DNA from: Candidatus Omnitrophota bacterium
GTDB taxonomy: Bacteria > Omnitrophota > Gorgyraeia > B26-G9 > JBDRCZ01
Reading direction: 5' to 3'
Length of the DNA: 64,000 nucleotides
Assembly (NCBI GenBank): GCA_043821285.1
Contig: JBDRCZ010000019.1
Coordinates: 2,234 to 66,233, forward strand
Positions 9,355 through 19,154 of the stretch are shown here, one piece after another. The notes below the pieces were generated by a model. That model was not told the DNA's origin. It worked only from the letters and a program-made list of their open reading frames with translations, and did not search any database. Every line of letters begins with the position of its first letter. Position 1 is the stretch's first letter. The position numbers and the translations under genes were made by a program.

Positions 9355-10203
9355 CAATGTAATTATCGTGCACCAGCAAAATTTTTTCAAAAAAGTTAGT
9401 TTCCCCAAAATGAACCGGTCAAACCGACAAAGCATATCAAAACTTTGCCCAAACATTTTCTCATTTTTAATAAGCGTCTTCCAAAAAAATGCCAAAAGCG
9501 CAAACAAAAAAAACCGCTCCTGTTCCATCCGGGAAAAACTGTTTTTTAGTTCCTCAAGATCAGCACCGCACAGGGGGTGTTCATCGCTGGTGCGGTCTTT
9601 TGGGGTTAAAAATCTATACAAATTGATAAACGGGTTCATACCTAATGGTTCGATAAACACCGCCTTGCCGTTCTTTTTTAAAACACGGCAAAGTTCATCT
9701 CTTATTTTCTTAATATCAAGGTGATGTACTATTGCCCTTCCAAACACCCCGTCAAATTCCGCATCATTAAACTCTAATTTTTCTGCATCCATCAAAATTG
9801 CCTCTGCCCGATCCATTATTTTTTCTTGTTCGATAAACCGCTTAATCGTCTTTACCGCTTCCTGTGATATATCAATTGCGACCACCCTTGCCCCAGATCT
9901 AATAAAGTAGTGCATAATCTCGGTGTTAGACCCGCATCCCAGATACAAAATTTTTTTATTTTGGACATTATCCATTTTCTCATAGGCCTTTTTTAACAAC
10001 AGTCTTCTCAATTTTTCGTCATAAAATTTTGCCTGCGCAGACCTTACTGCCTTTCCGCCAAAATAGCGGTCATGAAAGAGCCTTTCGCTTTTCTTTCTCT
10101 TCTCAACATTATTTCCGTTTTTCATTTTTATCCAATCATAATAAAAAGATTCCTTCGGAATCTTTTTATCCGTTTGAAAACCATAGGTTTTCAAACTTTC
10201 CAT
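9334..10203 (-). CDS. Class I SAM-dependent methyltransferase
   Basis: 289 aa. Motif I ILYLGCGSNTEIMHYFIRSGARVVAIDIS. Confidence 0.65.
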   Translation of the reverse strand: MESLKTYGFQTDKKIPKESFYYDWIKMKNGNNVEKRKKSERLFHDRYFGGKAVRSAQAKFYDEKLRRLLLKKAYEKMDNVQNKKILYLGCGSNTEIMHYFIRSGARVVAIDISQEAVKTIKRFIEQEKIMDRAEAILMDAEKLEFNDAEFDGVFGRAIVHHLDIKKIRDELCRVLKKNGKAVFIEPLGMNPFINLYRFLTPKDRTSDEHPLCGADLEELKNSFSRMEQERFFLFALLAFFWKTLIKNEKMFGQSFDMLCRFDRFILGKLTFLKKFCWCTIITLYKSSLS

Positions 10204-10214
10204 CCAAAGATAAA

Positions 10215-11546
10215 CTACCCTCTATCTTGCTGCCGGGAATAATCAAGTTTAAAAAAACACAATCTTTTTAAACTTACGGTCAGCGCAACTAATATAAAGG
10301 GTAAAAACTGATATGACCGTGTGAGAAATAAGGCAATAATCATAACCCCTACCAGGCTAGCAAATAATGACGCTGCCCAGGGGGAGAGATTTTTTAGCGC
10401 TTCATTCTTTTTCTGTAATCCCTCAATAAATAAAAGATCAGAGAATGTCTTTAAAAAAATCAAAACGTACAGGATAAATCCCACAACACCGGTCTCAGCA
10501 ATTATCAGAATAAACGAATTATGCGCAGTCAATTTTCTTGTAAGATTTGCCTCTGGTGAAATATACTCCAGGACATTGTCCTCGAACTGGGCAATTCCCA
10601 CTCCCCGGTACGGATGTTCTTTTGCCATGGCAATTCCTGCCTTCCAAAGCTCAATTCTCAATTGTGCTGACCGGTCTAACTGAGAAGTATCTGTTGCCCG
10701 CATCGTCATCATGCGTTCCCTGAATTCTGAACTGCAAAATAAAAGACCAAACAATAATAATAAAACTATAGGCCCGGTAATTATTTTTTTCCGGCTTTTT
10801 ATTACCAGCATCATTAAAACGGCCCCTAATCCCAAAAATCCAGATCTGGAATATGTCAAATATACTGCCCAGATATGTAATAAAAATGCACTAATAAAAA
10901 TTAACTTATAAACAATTTTCTGTGTGCTGGCAGCAAAATTCAAAATAAACGGCAAAGACAAAACGAATACCATGGCTAAATTATTAGGATCGCTTAAACT
11001 GCCATAATATAATATTCGATCTAGCCCATCTTCATATTCGACATTCCCGCCAGAAATATGATATTGAAATATACCATATATTGCCAGATATGTCGTCAAC
11101 GTAACCAGCATCAAAATATAACCGGTAAACTGTTTTTCTGTTTTTATCAGACTAATCACTAAAAAATACATTATAACTACCGGCAAAAAAAATACGGAAA
11201 AATTACGATATGACTCTATAAAAACCGCGCCGCTGAAAACCAAGGCGATCGCGAACAATATAAACAATAGATTTTGTCCTTCCCGCGGGGCCTTTATTTT
11301 TTGCCTAAGATCCGGGTGTAAAACTGAAGATAAAATGAGAAAGAACGCAAAAAATTTAGCTAAAGGAAATGTCTCCAGCCCCGGGAACATCTCTAATTCT
11401 TGCGGTTGTACAATCAAAAGGAACAAGAAAAAAAGTAAACCATAAAATGGACGTCTTAAAGTTAAAATTATAATAATAATTGCAACAAAAAATGCAAACA
11501 TTCCCCGGAGAGAAAACACAAATGCTAAATCCATATCTATCCTCAA
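10215..11546 (-). CDS. Polytopic membrane protein of the O-antigen polymerase/ligase (Wzy_C) superfamily
   Basis: 443 aa with about 10-12 hydrophobic helices. A large loop carries the YSRSGFLGLG...H motif region typical of Wzy/WaaL-type proteins. Confidence 0.5.
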   Translation of the reverse strand: MRIDMDLAFVFSLRGMFAFFVAIIIIILTLRRPFYGLLFFLFLLIVQPQELEMFPGLETFPLAKFFAFFLILSSVLHPDLRQKIKAPREGQNLLFILFAIALVFSGAVFIESYRNFSVFFLPVVIMYFLVISLIKTEKQFTGYILMLVTLTTYLAIYGIFQYHISGGNVEYEDGLDRILYYGSLSDPNNLAMVFVLSLPFILNFAASTQKIVYKLIFISAFLLHIWAVYLTYSRSGFLGLGAVLMMLVIKSRKKIITGPIVLLLLFGLLFCSSEFRERMMTMRATDTSQLDRSAQLRIELWKAGIAMAKEHPYRGVGIAQFEDNVLEYISPEANLTRKLTAHNSFILIIAETGVVGFILYVLIFLKTFSDLLFIEGLQKKNEALKNLSPWAASLFASLVGVMIIALFLTRSYQFLPFILVALTVSLKRLCFFKLDYSRQQDRG

Positions 11547-11552
11547 TTATCC

Positions 11553-13052
11553 TTATCTTACTGCCTTTTTTTGATTATTAATACCTCGATATACCCACCT
11601 GGCAAAAATTGTATTTTTAATTTCTTTCAATTTATTAATTTCTCCACTTTTATAGAAATGCACAAGCTGTAATGCCCAGGGAAAAAGAGCAACCAGCAAC
11701 AGTTTTATTGCCATGCCAAGAATAGAGAAATCCGGGACAAACAGCCGGCAAATAAGATACCACAATACCGCCAAAACAGTTAATTTGACAATGCGCCCAT
11801 ACTCATAATCAATCGGGTAATATCTCTGGGAAACCTTCAAGGTTATCAAAACTAATACAAGATATGAGAGAAAATTTACCAAAGCTGCCCCGTGCATATT
11901 AAAAACAGGAACGAGCAGCCAATTAAGCAGCAGGTGTAAGACTGCCACACATACCAAAATAATGGCAATACTGTTTGTTTTCTTTTGCAGGTATATCCCA
12001 ATCTGACAGATAAAAAACACGCCGTAACAGATCGTGCCTGATAAAATGAACGGGACAATCTTATAAGCGCTAAAAAATGCCGGCGTTGTCATTAAGGCAA
12101 TTACTTCTTTGATAAAAACCGCGAGAATTAAACCGCTAAATACAAGGACAAAACAAAAATAAGTCAGTACCCGGGCATAAATGTCTCTGGCATTGTCTTT
12201 TTTCATTATGGAAAATCTGTATGGCCCGTAGCCGGCCATAAACGGCTGGATAATCAAAAAACGCAAAATTATCCCAAATCTAAATCCCAGCGAATAAATG
12301 CCGACCGTGGCTAAATCGGTGTAACGGTTCAAAAATATCCGGTCAACAGAATTGAGGACATACATCCCGCAGGAAACAATAATCAACGGCATCCCGTATT
12401 GCATAATACTGCGCAGTTTTTCCAGAGAAAAAGCAAACCGGCAATAATGAAAGGTAACGGCTGTTAAAAAAAGCCAGCTAAACGCGGTCGCCACCAGATT
12501 GCTGATAATAACACCGGTTATCCCCATTTTTAAATAAATCACTAAATATATTGTACAGGTTAGCGCAACAATCAGCCGGCCAACAGATACCCCGACAAAA
12601 AGCACTGATCGCTCTTTTGCCCGGATAAAAGCAAACGGTATCTCAATCGTTGTTTCCAAAAACATCAGCACAAAAACTAATTTAAAAAGTTTGGCATATT
12701 CCGGCGTATTAAAAAATAAATTTGAAAATTTGTCTGAGAATAAAGACAAAATAAACATTGCCACAAACACAAACAATAAACTCGCCAAAGATACTGTGCT
12801 AATCACCTGTTTTTTTTCTTTTTCATTATCATATTCAAAATAATAGCGCAGGGCCGCGGAACTAAGCCCCATCCCCAGAAATATCCCACACATCGTGGAA
12901 ACAATTGACAAAATTTCAATTACTCCATAATCACTAGGCAAAAGGCAACGCGTATACAAAGGAATAAGTAAAAAACCTACCGCGTTTCTCATAATATTAC
13001 CCACGCCATATATTATCGAATGTGTCAATAATTTTCTAAATTCCTTAAACAT
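11553..13052 (-). CDS. Oligosaccharide flippase (Wzx, MOP/polysaccharide biosynthesis protein family)
   Basis: 499 aa with about 12-14 TM segments and Wzx-like organisation. It starts MFKEFRKLLTHSIIYGVGNIMRNAVGFLLIPLYTR. Confidence 0.7.
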   Translation of the reverse strand: MFKEFRKLLTHSIIYGVGNIMRNAVGFLLIPLYTRCLLPSDYGVIEILSIVSTMCGIFLGMGLSSAALRYYFEYDNEKEKKQVISTVSLASLLFVFVAMFILSLFSDKFSNLFFNTPEYAKLFKLVFVLMFLETTIEIPFAFIRAKERSVLFVGVSVGRLIVALTCTIYLVIYLKMGITGVIISNLVATAFSWLFLTAVTFHYCRFAFSLEKLRSIMQYGMPLIIVSCGMYVLNSVDRIFLNRYTDLATVGIYSLGFRFGIILRFLIIQPFMAGYGPYRFSIMKKDNARDIYARVLTYFCFVLVFSGLILAVFIKEVIALMTTPAFFSAYKIVPFILSGTICYGVFFICQIGIYLQKKTNSIAIILVCVAVLHLLLNWLLVPVFNMHGAALVNFLSYLVLVLITLKVSQRYYPIDYEYGRIVKLTVLAVLWYLICRLFVPDFSILGMAIKLLLVALFPWALQLVHFYKSGEINKLKEIKNTIFARWVYRGINNQKKAVR

Positions 13053-13088
13053 CCAGCACCACCGGTCGGGTCAGTTATAAACATGTTC

Positions 13089-14123
13089 CTACTTGCCAAT
13101 AAATTGCGGGAAAATTACCCGTGATTTAAAAGACGGTAAATTATCATGCATAGAAATATGTATTCTATTCAATGCAAAAATATCCAGATTAGATATCTTG
13201 TTTAAATCTCCCATGTTTGTAACGGCAAAATCATATCCAATATCTCTTAGCATGTTTTTTATTTCTTTATTAAAAGACCTTTCATCGCCATTGGGATAAG
13301 AAAAAACATTAATTTTCTTATTAATCTTTTCTTCAATCATATCTTTTGACATAGACATTTCGTAATGAAGTTCCGAATAATCAGCGGTCTTGGTCAAAAT
13401 TTTATGGTTCACCGTATGCGCCCCAAATTCAATCCGGCTATTTTGCAGCATCTCAGTTATCTCCTGCCATGTTACAAAAAGATCCTTTTCTAAATTTTTA
13501 TCTATTACAACTCTTAATTCTTCTTCTGTTTCCTTTACCGCCTTCTTCAACTCTACGTCACTCATGCCTTTTGCGGCTTTAGTAAAATCCTGAATTAGTA
13601 GCTTCTTTGCCTGAAGGTTTTTTAAATTATAAATCTGATCACCTAAACATTTAACTTTTATTTGTTCTTTCTGTGTCTTTTTTATGATATAACTAATCTT
13701 ATCCCACCACGGCAGTTCATCTTTGCCAATATACCCTGTCGTCAAAAAAACTGTCGCCGGTAAATTAAGCTTTCTCAAAATAGGATAGATAACTTCAAAA
13801 ATATCTTTATATCCATCATCAAAAGTTATGATTAAAGGATTCTTGATTTTTTCACCATCTCTATTAAGCATCTGCCTTAATCCCGCAAAAGATATGACAG
13901 AAAAATTATCTTTTATAAAATTCATCTGTCTCTCAAAATTATAACTATCCGCATCAATCAGCCGTTCATCTAAAAAAAACTTGTCTTTTTGTATGTCTAA
14001 CACTCGATGGTATGACAAAATGCGCAGCGTGTTATTATTCATCATTTTTTGTGCCATCAAAAAAACATGGTTATACCCTGAATATTTCAAAATTTTTGCA
14101 AAAAAATCTCTTTTTCTTAACAT
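13089..14123 (-). CDS. Polysaccharide deacetylase (CE4)
   Basis: 344 aa. ITFDDGYKD, HTVNHKIL and the surrounding NodB motifs. Confidence 0.75.
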   Translation of the reverse strand: MLRKRDFFAKILKYSGYNHVFLMAQKMMNNNTLRILSYHRVLDIQKDKFFLDERLIDADSYNFERQMNFIKDNFSVISFAGLRQMLNRDGEKIKNPLIITFDDGYKDIFEVIYPILRKLNLPATVFLTTGYIGKDELPWWDKISYIIKKTQKEQIKVKCLGDQIYNLKNLQAKKLLIQDFTKAAKGMSDVELKKAVKETEEELRVVIDKNLEKDLFVTWQEITEMLQNSRIEFGAHTVNHKILTKTADYSELHYEMSMSKDMIEEKINKKINVFSYPNGDERSFNKEIKNMLRDIGYDFAVTNMGDLNKISNLDIFALNRIHISMHDNLPSFKSRVIFPQFIGK

Positions 14124-14171
14124 AAAAAACTCCCGTGTCCACTTTTAAAATAAACAACCAGCTCCTTCTCC

Positions 14172-15347
14172 CTAAGGAAGATAATCCCATATCTTATTCG
14201 TCAACACACAACACTTGGCACATTTTGGAAACAGTTTTTCTCTTTTTAAGATTTTTCTAAAATTTCTGTATTTTGTACTATTCCATATTTTACTAAAAGC
14301 AAGTTCATTAACATTTCCCATCAAAGTATCTATTGAGCAAGGATAAACATTGCCAAAAGGATCAATCCGGCTGGAATACCAGGGATAGAAACATTTTGAC
14401 ACATAAGCATATGAATGATTTGTAAAATATTTCTCCAGCTCATCATTTTTTTCTAAAGCCGGATTAAAAGTGACGTTTATATTATTTTGACGCGCTTTCT
14501 CTTTGCATTCTTTTATCTGTCGGCGCAAAATTTCCGTGTCAACCTTTGTTATATTATCTGATAAAATCTGACTCTCCGGCTTTAAGTGCCCAACCGCGAC
14601 CAATTGATTGGTTTTACTCACCTGTTCTTCATCCGTAAAAAAGACGTATAGAAAATCTAAAAAATGAATATCCAATTTTACCGCCACGTCCACCATTTGA
14701 GAGAGATAATTCTGATTAAGCGCTGAAATCACACAGTTTGCCCATATCTTGGGATATTTACGGCTGTATTTATTTTTTTGTTCATTAATATTTGCGATAC
14801 CTTCGCAAATTTTTGCAAAAGACCTATCCCACCCTCTTATTTCATTATGTACTTCCTCCGGACCATCAATAGAAAAAACCAGCATATCTACCTCAGCTTT
14901 AATCAGCTGCTCGGCAATATCTCTGGTGATCAGCGAACCATTATTTGTTATGCTGCAATAAACTCCTCTTTCTTTGACATATTTAATGATTTCCATAATA
15001 TCTTTTCTCAGGAAAGGTTCTCCGCCGGTTAATGAAACCTTTTTTACTCCCATTTTGCTTAAATCATCAATTATTTTTATTATTTGACTGGTGGTAAGTT
15101 CTTTTTGTCCGGCCCCATACACATCTAATTGCGTACCCGTATCTTTTATTTGATTTTGCCTTTTCCAATTCTCCAGGGGGCACATTTGACACCTTAGATT
15201 ACATAAGTAAGTCAATTCCATATCAACACGCTGGGGGGGGAATGCAAAACCCAATAAAAATCTATAAGGCACCCAGTAATAAGGAATGTCGGCGATTTCT
15301 CTTGTCAGCCCGAATTTTCTTGCTGCCTTTTTAATTATTTTTTTCAT
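14172..15347 (-). CDS. Radical SAM enzyme with a C-terminal SPASM/twitch Cys-rich domain
   Basis: CNLRCQMCP (the CxxxCxxC 4Fe-4S-SAM cluster). A C-terminal CFYPWYSSRIDPFGNVYPCS...PKCAKCC auxiliary-cluster region. The ORF track extends to 15410, but the start is probably the internal MKKIIKKAARKF. Confidence 0.75.
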   Translation of the reverse strand: MKKIIKKAARKFGLTREIADIPYYWVPYRFLLGFAFPPQRVDMELTYLCNLRCQMCPLENWKRQNQIKDTGTQLDVYGAGQKELTTSQIIKIIDDLSKMGVKKVSLTGGEPFLRKDIMEIIKYVKERGVYCSITNNGSLITRDIAEQLIKAEVDMLVFSIDGPEEVHNEIRGWDRSFAKICEGIANINEQKNKYSRKYPKIWANCVISALNQNYLSQMVDVAVKLDIHFLDFLYVFFTDEEQVSKTNQLVAVGHLKPESQILSDNITKVDTEILRRQIKECKEKARQNNINVTFNPALEKNDELEKYFTNHSYAYVSKCFYPWYSSRIDPFGNVYPCSIDTLMGNVNELAFSKIWNSTKYRNFRKILKREKLFPKCAKCCVLTNKIWDYLP

Positions 15348-16419
15348 CGCTGCCCTCCGATAAAATCTTCGTTCTTTTTTCACAAAAAGGGGTGTCTCCC
15401 TTTTCAACATAGTAATTTAATAATTTATTCCAATAATGTTTCTTTCTGATGCCTAAAATCTCTTCATCTACTTGTTGTGCAGCATTTTTGATTAAAAACA
15501 ATGGCAAAAATGCCTTTAGCATTTTAGGCTCAATTCTCATTATCCTGGCATATTTATCAAAAAAACCGTTTACGAGTTTTGAAACCCAGTTTTCCTTAAA
15601 AAAAATAAAATCAAAAGACTTTAGAATATTATCCTCTGTTGTCTGATTATCATTTGCCAGCCTAAAACTGCAAAAAAACATAAACAAATCCCAAAACGCC
15701 AAATCGTTTTTTTGCATATCCGCCCAATCCAGAACACTAATACTACCATCAGAATAGACATGAATATTCTCTGAAAAAAAATCTCCATGGCTGCAACAGA
15801 TCGGAATCTTTTCATTAACCAATCCTAATAAATTTTCTCTGACGTTAAGTAAAAAATGCTCCAGCCAAGGAGTAACTACAACCTTTTTCGAATACTGCTC
15901 AATTATAAAAAAATATTCCTTTTGTATATATTCCTTGGTAAGTTCTACCTCATCTAGTTTAGTCTCTTGTTGAAATCGGCATAACCACTCCACACAACGG
16001 TCGATATCTTTTTTTAACTCATTTCGCCCAAATATATTAGTCTTATTTATCTCTACTGACATTTTACGTCCGCTAACAAAACGTAATATTAAAACCGTAT
16101 TTATATCAATCTTAATACACCCTAGCGGCAAAGGGATACAATTTTTTAAATGCTCAGTTGTTATTATCTCCCGCACATATTTAATATTACAAAATTCCTG
16201 CTCCAGAATACGTGTCTGTCCGGCATCCTGACTCCATTTAGCAAACGCACACGGTTTCTTCCCGTCAAAAACCCAAATGAGTGAACGTATCCATTTATTG
16301 TTGTTTATAAAAAAGGAAAGACGGTCCGGTCTTGGGCGATCATAAAACATTTTATCCCAGTTGGCTAATATGTATTCCTCAAGCTGAGTTACCATTTTTT
16401 TCTCCTTTTCTAGCCACAA
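15331..16419 (-). CDS. Phosphotransferase of the APH/choline-kinase protein-kinase-like family
   Basis: 362 aa. CCSHGDFFSENIHVYSDGSISVLDWADM matches the HGD...N catalytic loop and DW (a DFG-like element) of aminoglycoside/choline kinases. Confidence 0.6.
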   Translation of the reverse strand: MWLEKEKKMVTQLEEYILANWDKMFYDRPRPDRLSFFINNNKWIRSLIWVFDGKKPCAFAKWSQDAGQTRILEQEFCNIKYVREIITTEHLKNCIPLPLGCIKIDINTVLILRFVSGRKMSVEINKTNIFGRNELKKDIDRCVEWLCRFQQETKLDEVELTKEYIQKEYFFIIEQYSKKVVVTPWLEHFLLNVRENLLGLVNEKIPICCSHGDFFSENIHVYSDGSISVLDWADMQKNDLAFWDLFMFFCSFRLANDNQTTEDNILKSFDFIFFKENWVSKLVNGFFDKYARIMRIEPKMLKAFLPLFLIKNAAQQVDEEILGIRKKHYWNKLLNYYVEKGDTPFCEKRTKILSEGSDEKNN

Positions 16420-16903
16420 TACTCAAATCAGGTAAAAATTGCCTGATGAGATAAAAACCGATTCTCATCCTAAACAAAAATTTAAGCATTCTAATCTTTC
16501 TCGAATCGTCACTCTGAACATTTAAATAAAAATGAAACGGTAAAAAGTCATCTAAAGATACAATGTATCTTGGCTCCTTATTGTTTGGCAAACATCCATA
16601 AATATCTATCGTAACAAATCCTGCTTGTTCAAGTATTTTTTTGTATGCCGCAAACGATAGACCTTTACGATTCTTACTATCAATCAGTAAATATCCGCCA
16701 AATTTTAATAGCCGGCTTGCGTTATTGATTAAGGTCTGAAGATTTAAATTGGAAAAATTTTTCTGTTCTCTATTTAAGATAACGATATCGTATCTAAAAT
16801 TTTGATCAAACTTATCATTCGAATCTAACCTTAAGATAGCTGATTTGCTAGCTATCGGCAAAAGCCACTGCAATTTTCTCTCAATTAAGGATAAACGTAT
16901 CAT
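16379..16903 (-). CDS. Small methyltransferase-like protein (post-motif-I part of a class I MTase fold). Function unknown.
   Basis: 174 aa. YDIVILN and LLKFGGYLLID resemble MTase motifs II and III. No GxGxG motif I is present. Confidence 0.3.
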   Translation of the reverse strand: MIRLSLIERKLQWLLPIASKSAILRLDSNDKFDQNFRYDIVILNREQKNFSNLNLQTLINNASRLLKFGGYLLIDSKNRKGLSFAAYKKILEQAGFVTIDIYGCLPNNKEPRYIVSLDDFLPFHFYLNVQSDDSRKIRMLKFLFRMRIGFYLIRQFLPDLSIVARKGEKNGNSA

Positions 16904-18042
16904 CTTATCTGCCCTCCAGACTTCAAAAACCCCCTAACGCTAACGCTGATATTTCTTAATTGATTTAAAAAGTAATAAATGTTTTCTTTATATGTCCATC
17001 TTCTCCTGATTCTGATTGCATAGATTTTTTTATCGGTTGCCGCCCATGCTGTTTTATGGCGCCCTTCGCCCTTAAGAAAATCATATTTTGCAATGCCTTT
17101 ATTTATATAATGCTCAATACACAACGCCCGCAAGATATTTCCTACAGCAATGTTGCCGTTAAAATCCATGTCAAAACCTGATTGATAAAAATATACATTG
17201 TTTTTATAAATAAAATCGTAAGATACCGCCAGAATATTACCATTAAATTCTAAATAACACAGCCGCAACCTATCCCGCTCAAATAATATCTTTATCATTT
17301 TCCTGTGAAAATCCGTAAATTTACTGCTGGCAAAACAACCCTTTTGTCCGGCAGAAAACCATCTTTTTTGATGCAGGGCAATAAGCTTATCAAATATGCA
17401 GCTTAGCTCCTCATATTTTTTCACCTCTTTAAAACTAACCTGTCCTCTTTGTTCTAATTTTTTTCTGTCGCGGTTAATTTTATATCTAAAATTCGAACTT
17501 AATCTTTTCAGCATCTTCCCCCATGAATCAGGCAAATCTATGTAATAGGCACTACCGTCAGGAGCTACCGAATAGCACAGTTTACTGCTTTTGAGTCTAT
17601 CTAAAAGTATCGCCGTGCTTATGTTTTCATCTGATAACTCTTTTAGTACGATCTCCTCCCAGAACTTATTTTCGCTGATATAGTTAATCAGCTTATCGAT
17701 AACTTCGCTTTCTCTGTTTTTTTTAGCGATAATATTCAGATACTCCGAACATATTTCATCCTGCTCATCTTCGCCGCTGGCCAAAAATTCTATTCTTTCA
17801 TATGGCAGCATATTAAAATGTCTTACCTTTCTGCGCAAAAAAGGGGCAATGCCAACAAGTTCCTTTTTATCCCAGAAAGTCAAAATTTCAAGCCCTCTCC
17901 CATCCTGAAAAACTTCCCACCATAAATTAATCCACTCCCAGGTCAAAAAAATAGTATTACTTTGGCTATTTTCAAGCAGTAAATCCCAATTCTGTTTTAT
18001 TTGCTCTAAGCCTTTTATGTTATTAATCACTTTTATCTTCAT
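16900..18042 (-). CDS. FemAB/CelD(BioF2)-like GNAT-fold acyl/aminoacyl transferase
   Basis: 380 aa. It is a paralog of the 21273-22388 product (shared N-terminal pattern W..L...S....F.T.EW...WW). The architecture matches Acetyltransf_6/FemAB. Confidence 0.55.
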   Translation of the reverse strand: MKIKVINNIKGLEQIKQNWDLLLENSQSNTIFLTWEWINLWWEVFQDGRGLEILTFWDKKELVGIAPFLRRKVRHFNMLPYERIEFLASGEDEQDEICSEYLNIIAKKNRESEVIDKLINYISENKFWEEIVLKELSDENISTAILLDRLKSSKLCYSVAPDGSAYYIDLPDSWGKMLKRLSSNFRYKINRDRKKLEQRGQVSFKEVKKYEELSCIFDKLIALHQKRWFSAGQKGCFASSKFTDFHRKMIKILFERDRLRLCYLEFNGNILAVSYDFIYKNNVYFYQSGFDMDFNGNIAVGNILRALCIEHYINKGIAKYDFLKGEGRHKTAWAATDKKIYAIRIRRRWTYKENIYYFLNQLRNISVSVRGFLKSGGQIR

Positions 18043-19154
18043 TAGTTACAACTCTGCCTGCCCCAGACCGTTCCTTCCATAAGCAACCGTGCGGTTCTGC
18101 TGATTAATGCGCTTATTAAAGTAAATTTATCATTATCCATTGTGTAATTAATCTTTGTTTCAATAATACCTGAAGGGTGAACTATGGTAATATTTTCTAA
18201 CGGCTTCTTTATCTCTATATTGAACGCGTCAGCCACGGTGCCGTTGAGGCAAAGTAAACATCCGGTATTTATCGCTCCGGTAATTGCATATGCTTTATGG
18301 ATACGGCCATTGCTGAATATCCTTGCCTGGATATCTGCATTTTGATTATCCGCTTCACTAATTATAGAAATTTTTGGTATTATTGTCTTGTGGAATCTAC
18401 GGCTTAACATTTCTGTAACTCTATTTTTTAATTTATTCAATTTACTCATAAATTCTATATTTTTTTCCAAATCTTGCGGGACATCCCCCCCATCAATACC
18501 TAAATCTTCTGCCTTTACAAAAGCATAAACATTTCCCGCATCTATTATTGTCGCCCGGAAATGGTGTTTACCACAGGTAAGATCTTCACTTACTTTTCCG
18601 GTAGGAAACAATTTACCCGTAATCATTCCGCCCGGCTGCATAAATTCCAACCTAATTTCCGGCCCGGTACCCGGCACGCCATCAATGTGAAAACTACCAT
18701 CTGTCGCAGGCAGTCCATTTGATAAAGGCACTGTCGAAATAATAAATTTATTTGTATTTGTGTTTAACATTCTAACTACTGCTGATTTTCCCGAAACACT
18801 CACATATTTGTGATAAACTGCATATATGGCCGCTCCGGCAGCAAGATTACCGCACATTGCGTTATAGTCAATTGTATTATCCTCTATAGCCACCTGTCCA
18901 AATGTGTATTCAATATCCACATCATCTCTTGGTGAAAGGCTGATAATTGCGAGTTTACTTGTTAAAGGGTCCGCTCCACCTAACCCGTCTATTTGCCGCG
19001 GATCCGGACTGCCAAAAACAGATAAGATAATCTTATTTCTTTCCTGTGCATTTTCCGGGAGGTCTTGTTTAAGGATAAAGATACCTTTACTTGTACCACC
19101 CCTGATGATAGAACAGGGTATTTTTTTATCTTCATAACTTACCTGCTTTAACAT
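18042..19154 (-). CDS. PrpF/AcnD-accessory (DUF453) family isomerase
   Basis: 370 aa. The N-terminus KIPCSIIRGGTSKGIFIL matches the PrpF signature (IPxxxMRGGTSKG). Confidence 0.65.
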   Translation of the reverse strand: MLKQVSYEDKKIPCSIIRGGTSKGIFILKQDLPENAQERNKIILSVFGSPDPRQIDGLGGADPLTSKLAIISLSPRDDVDIEYTFGQVAIEDNTIDYNAMCGNLAAGAAIYAVYHKYVSVSGKSAVVRMLNTNTNKFIISTVPLSNGLPATDGSFHIDGVPGTGPEIRLEFMQPGGMITGKLFPTGKVSEDLTCGKHHFRATIIDAGNVYAFVKAEDLGIDGGDVPQDLEKNIEFMSKLNKLKNRVTEMLSRRFHKTIIPKISIISEADNQNADIQARIFSNGRIHKAYAITGAINTGCLLCLNGTVADAFNIEIKKPLENITIVHPSGIIETKINYTMDNDKFTLISALISRTARLLMEGTVWGRQSCN

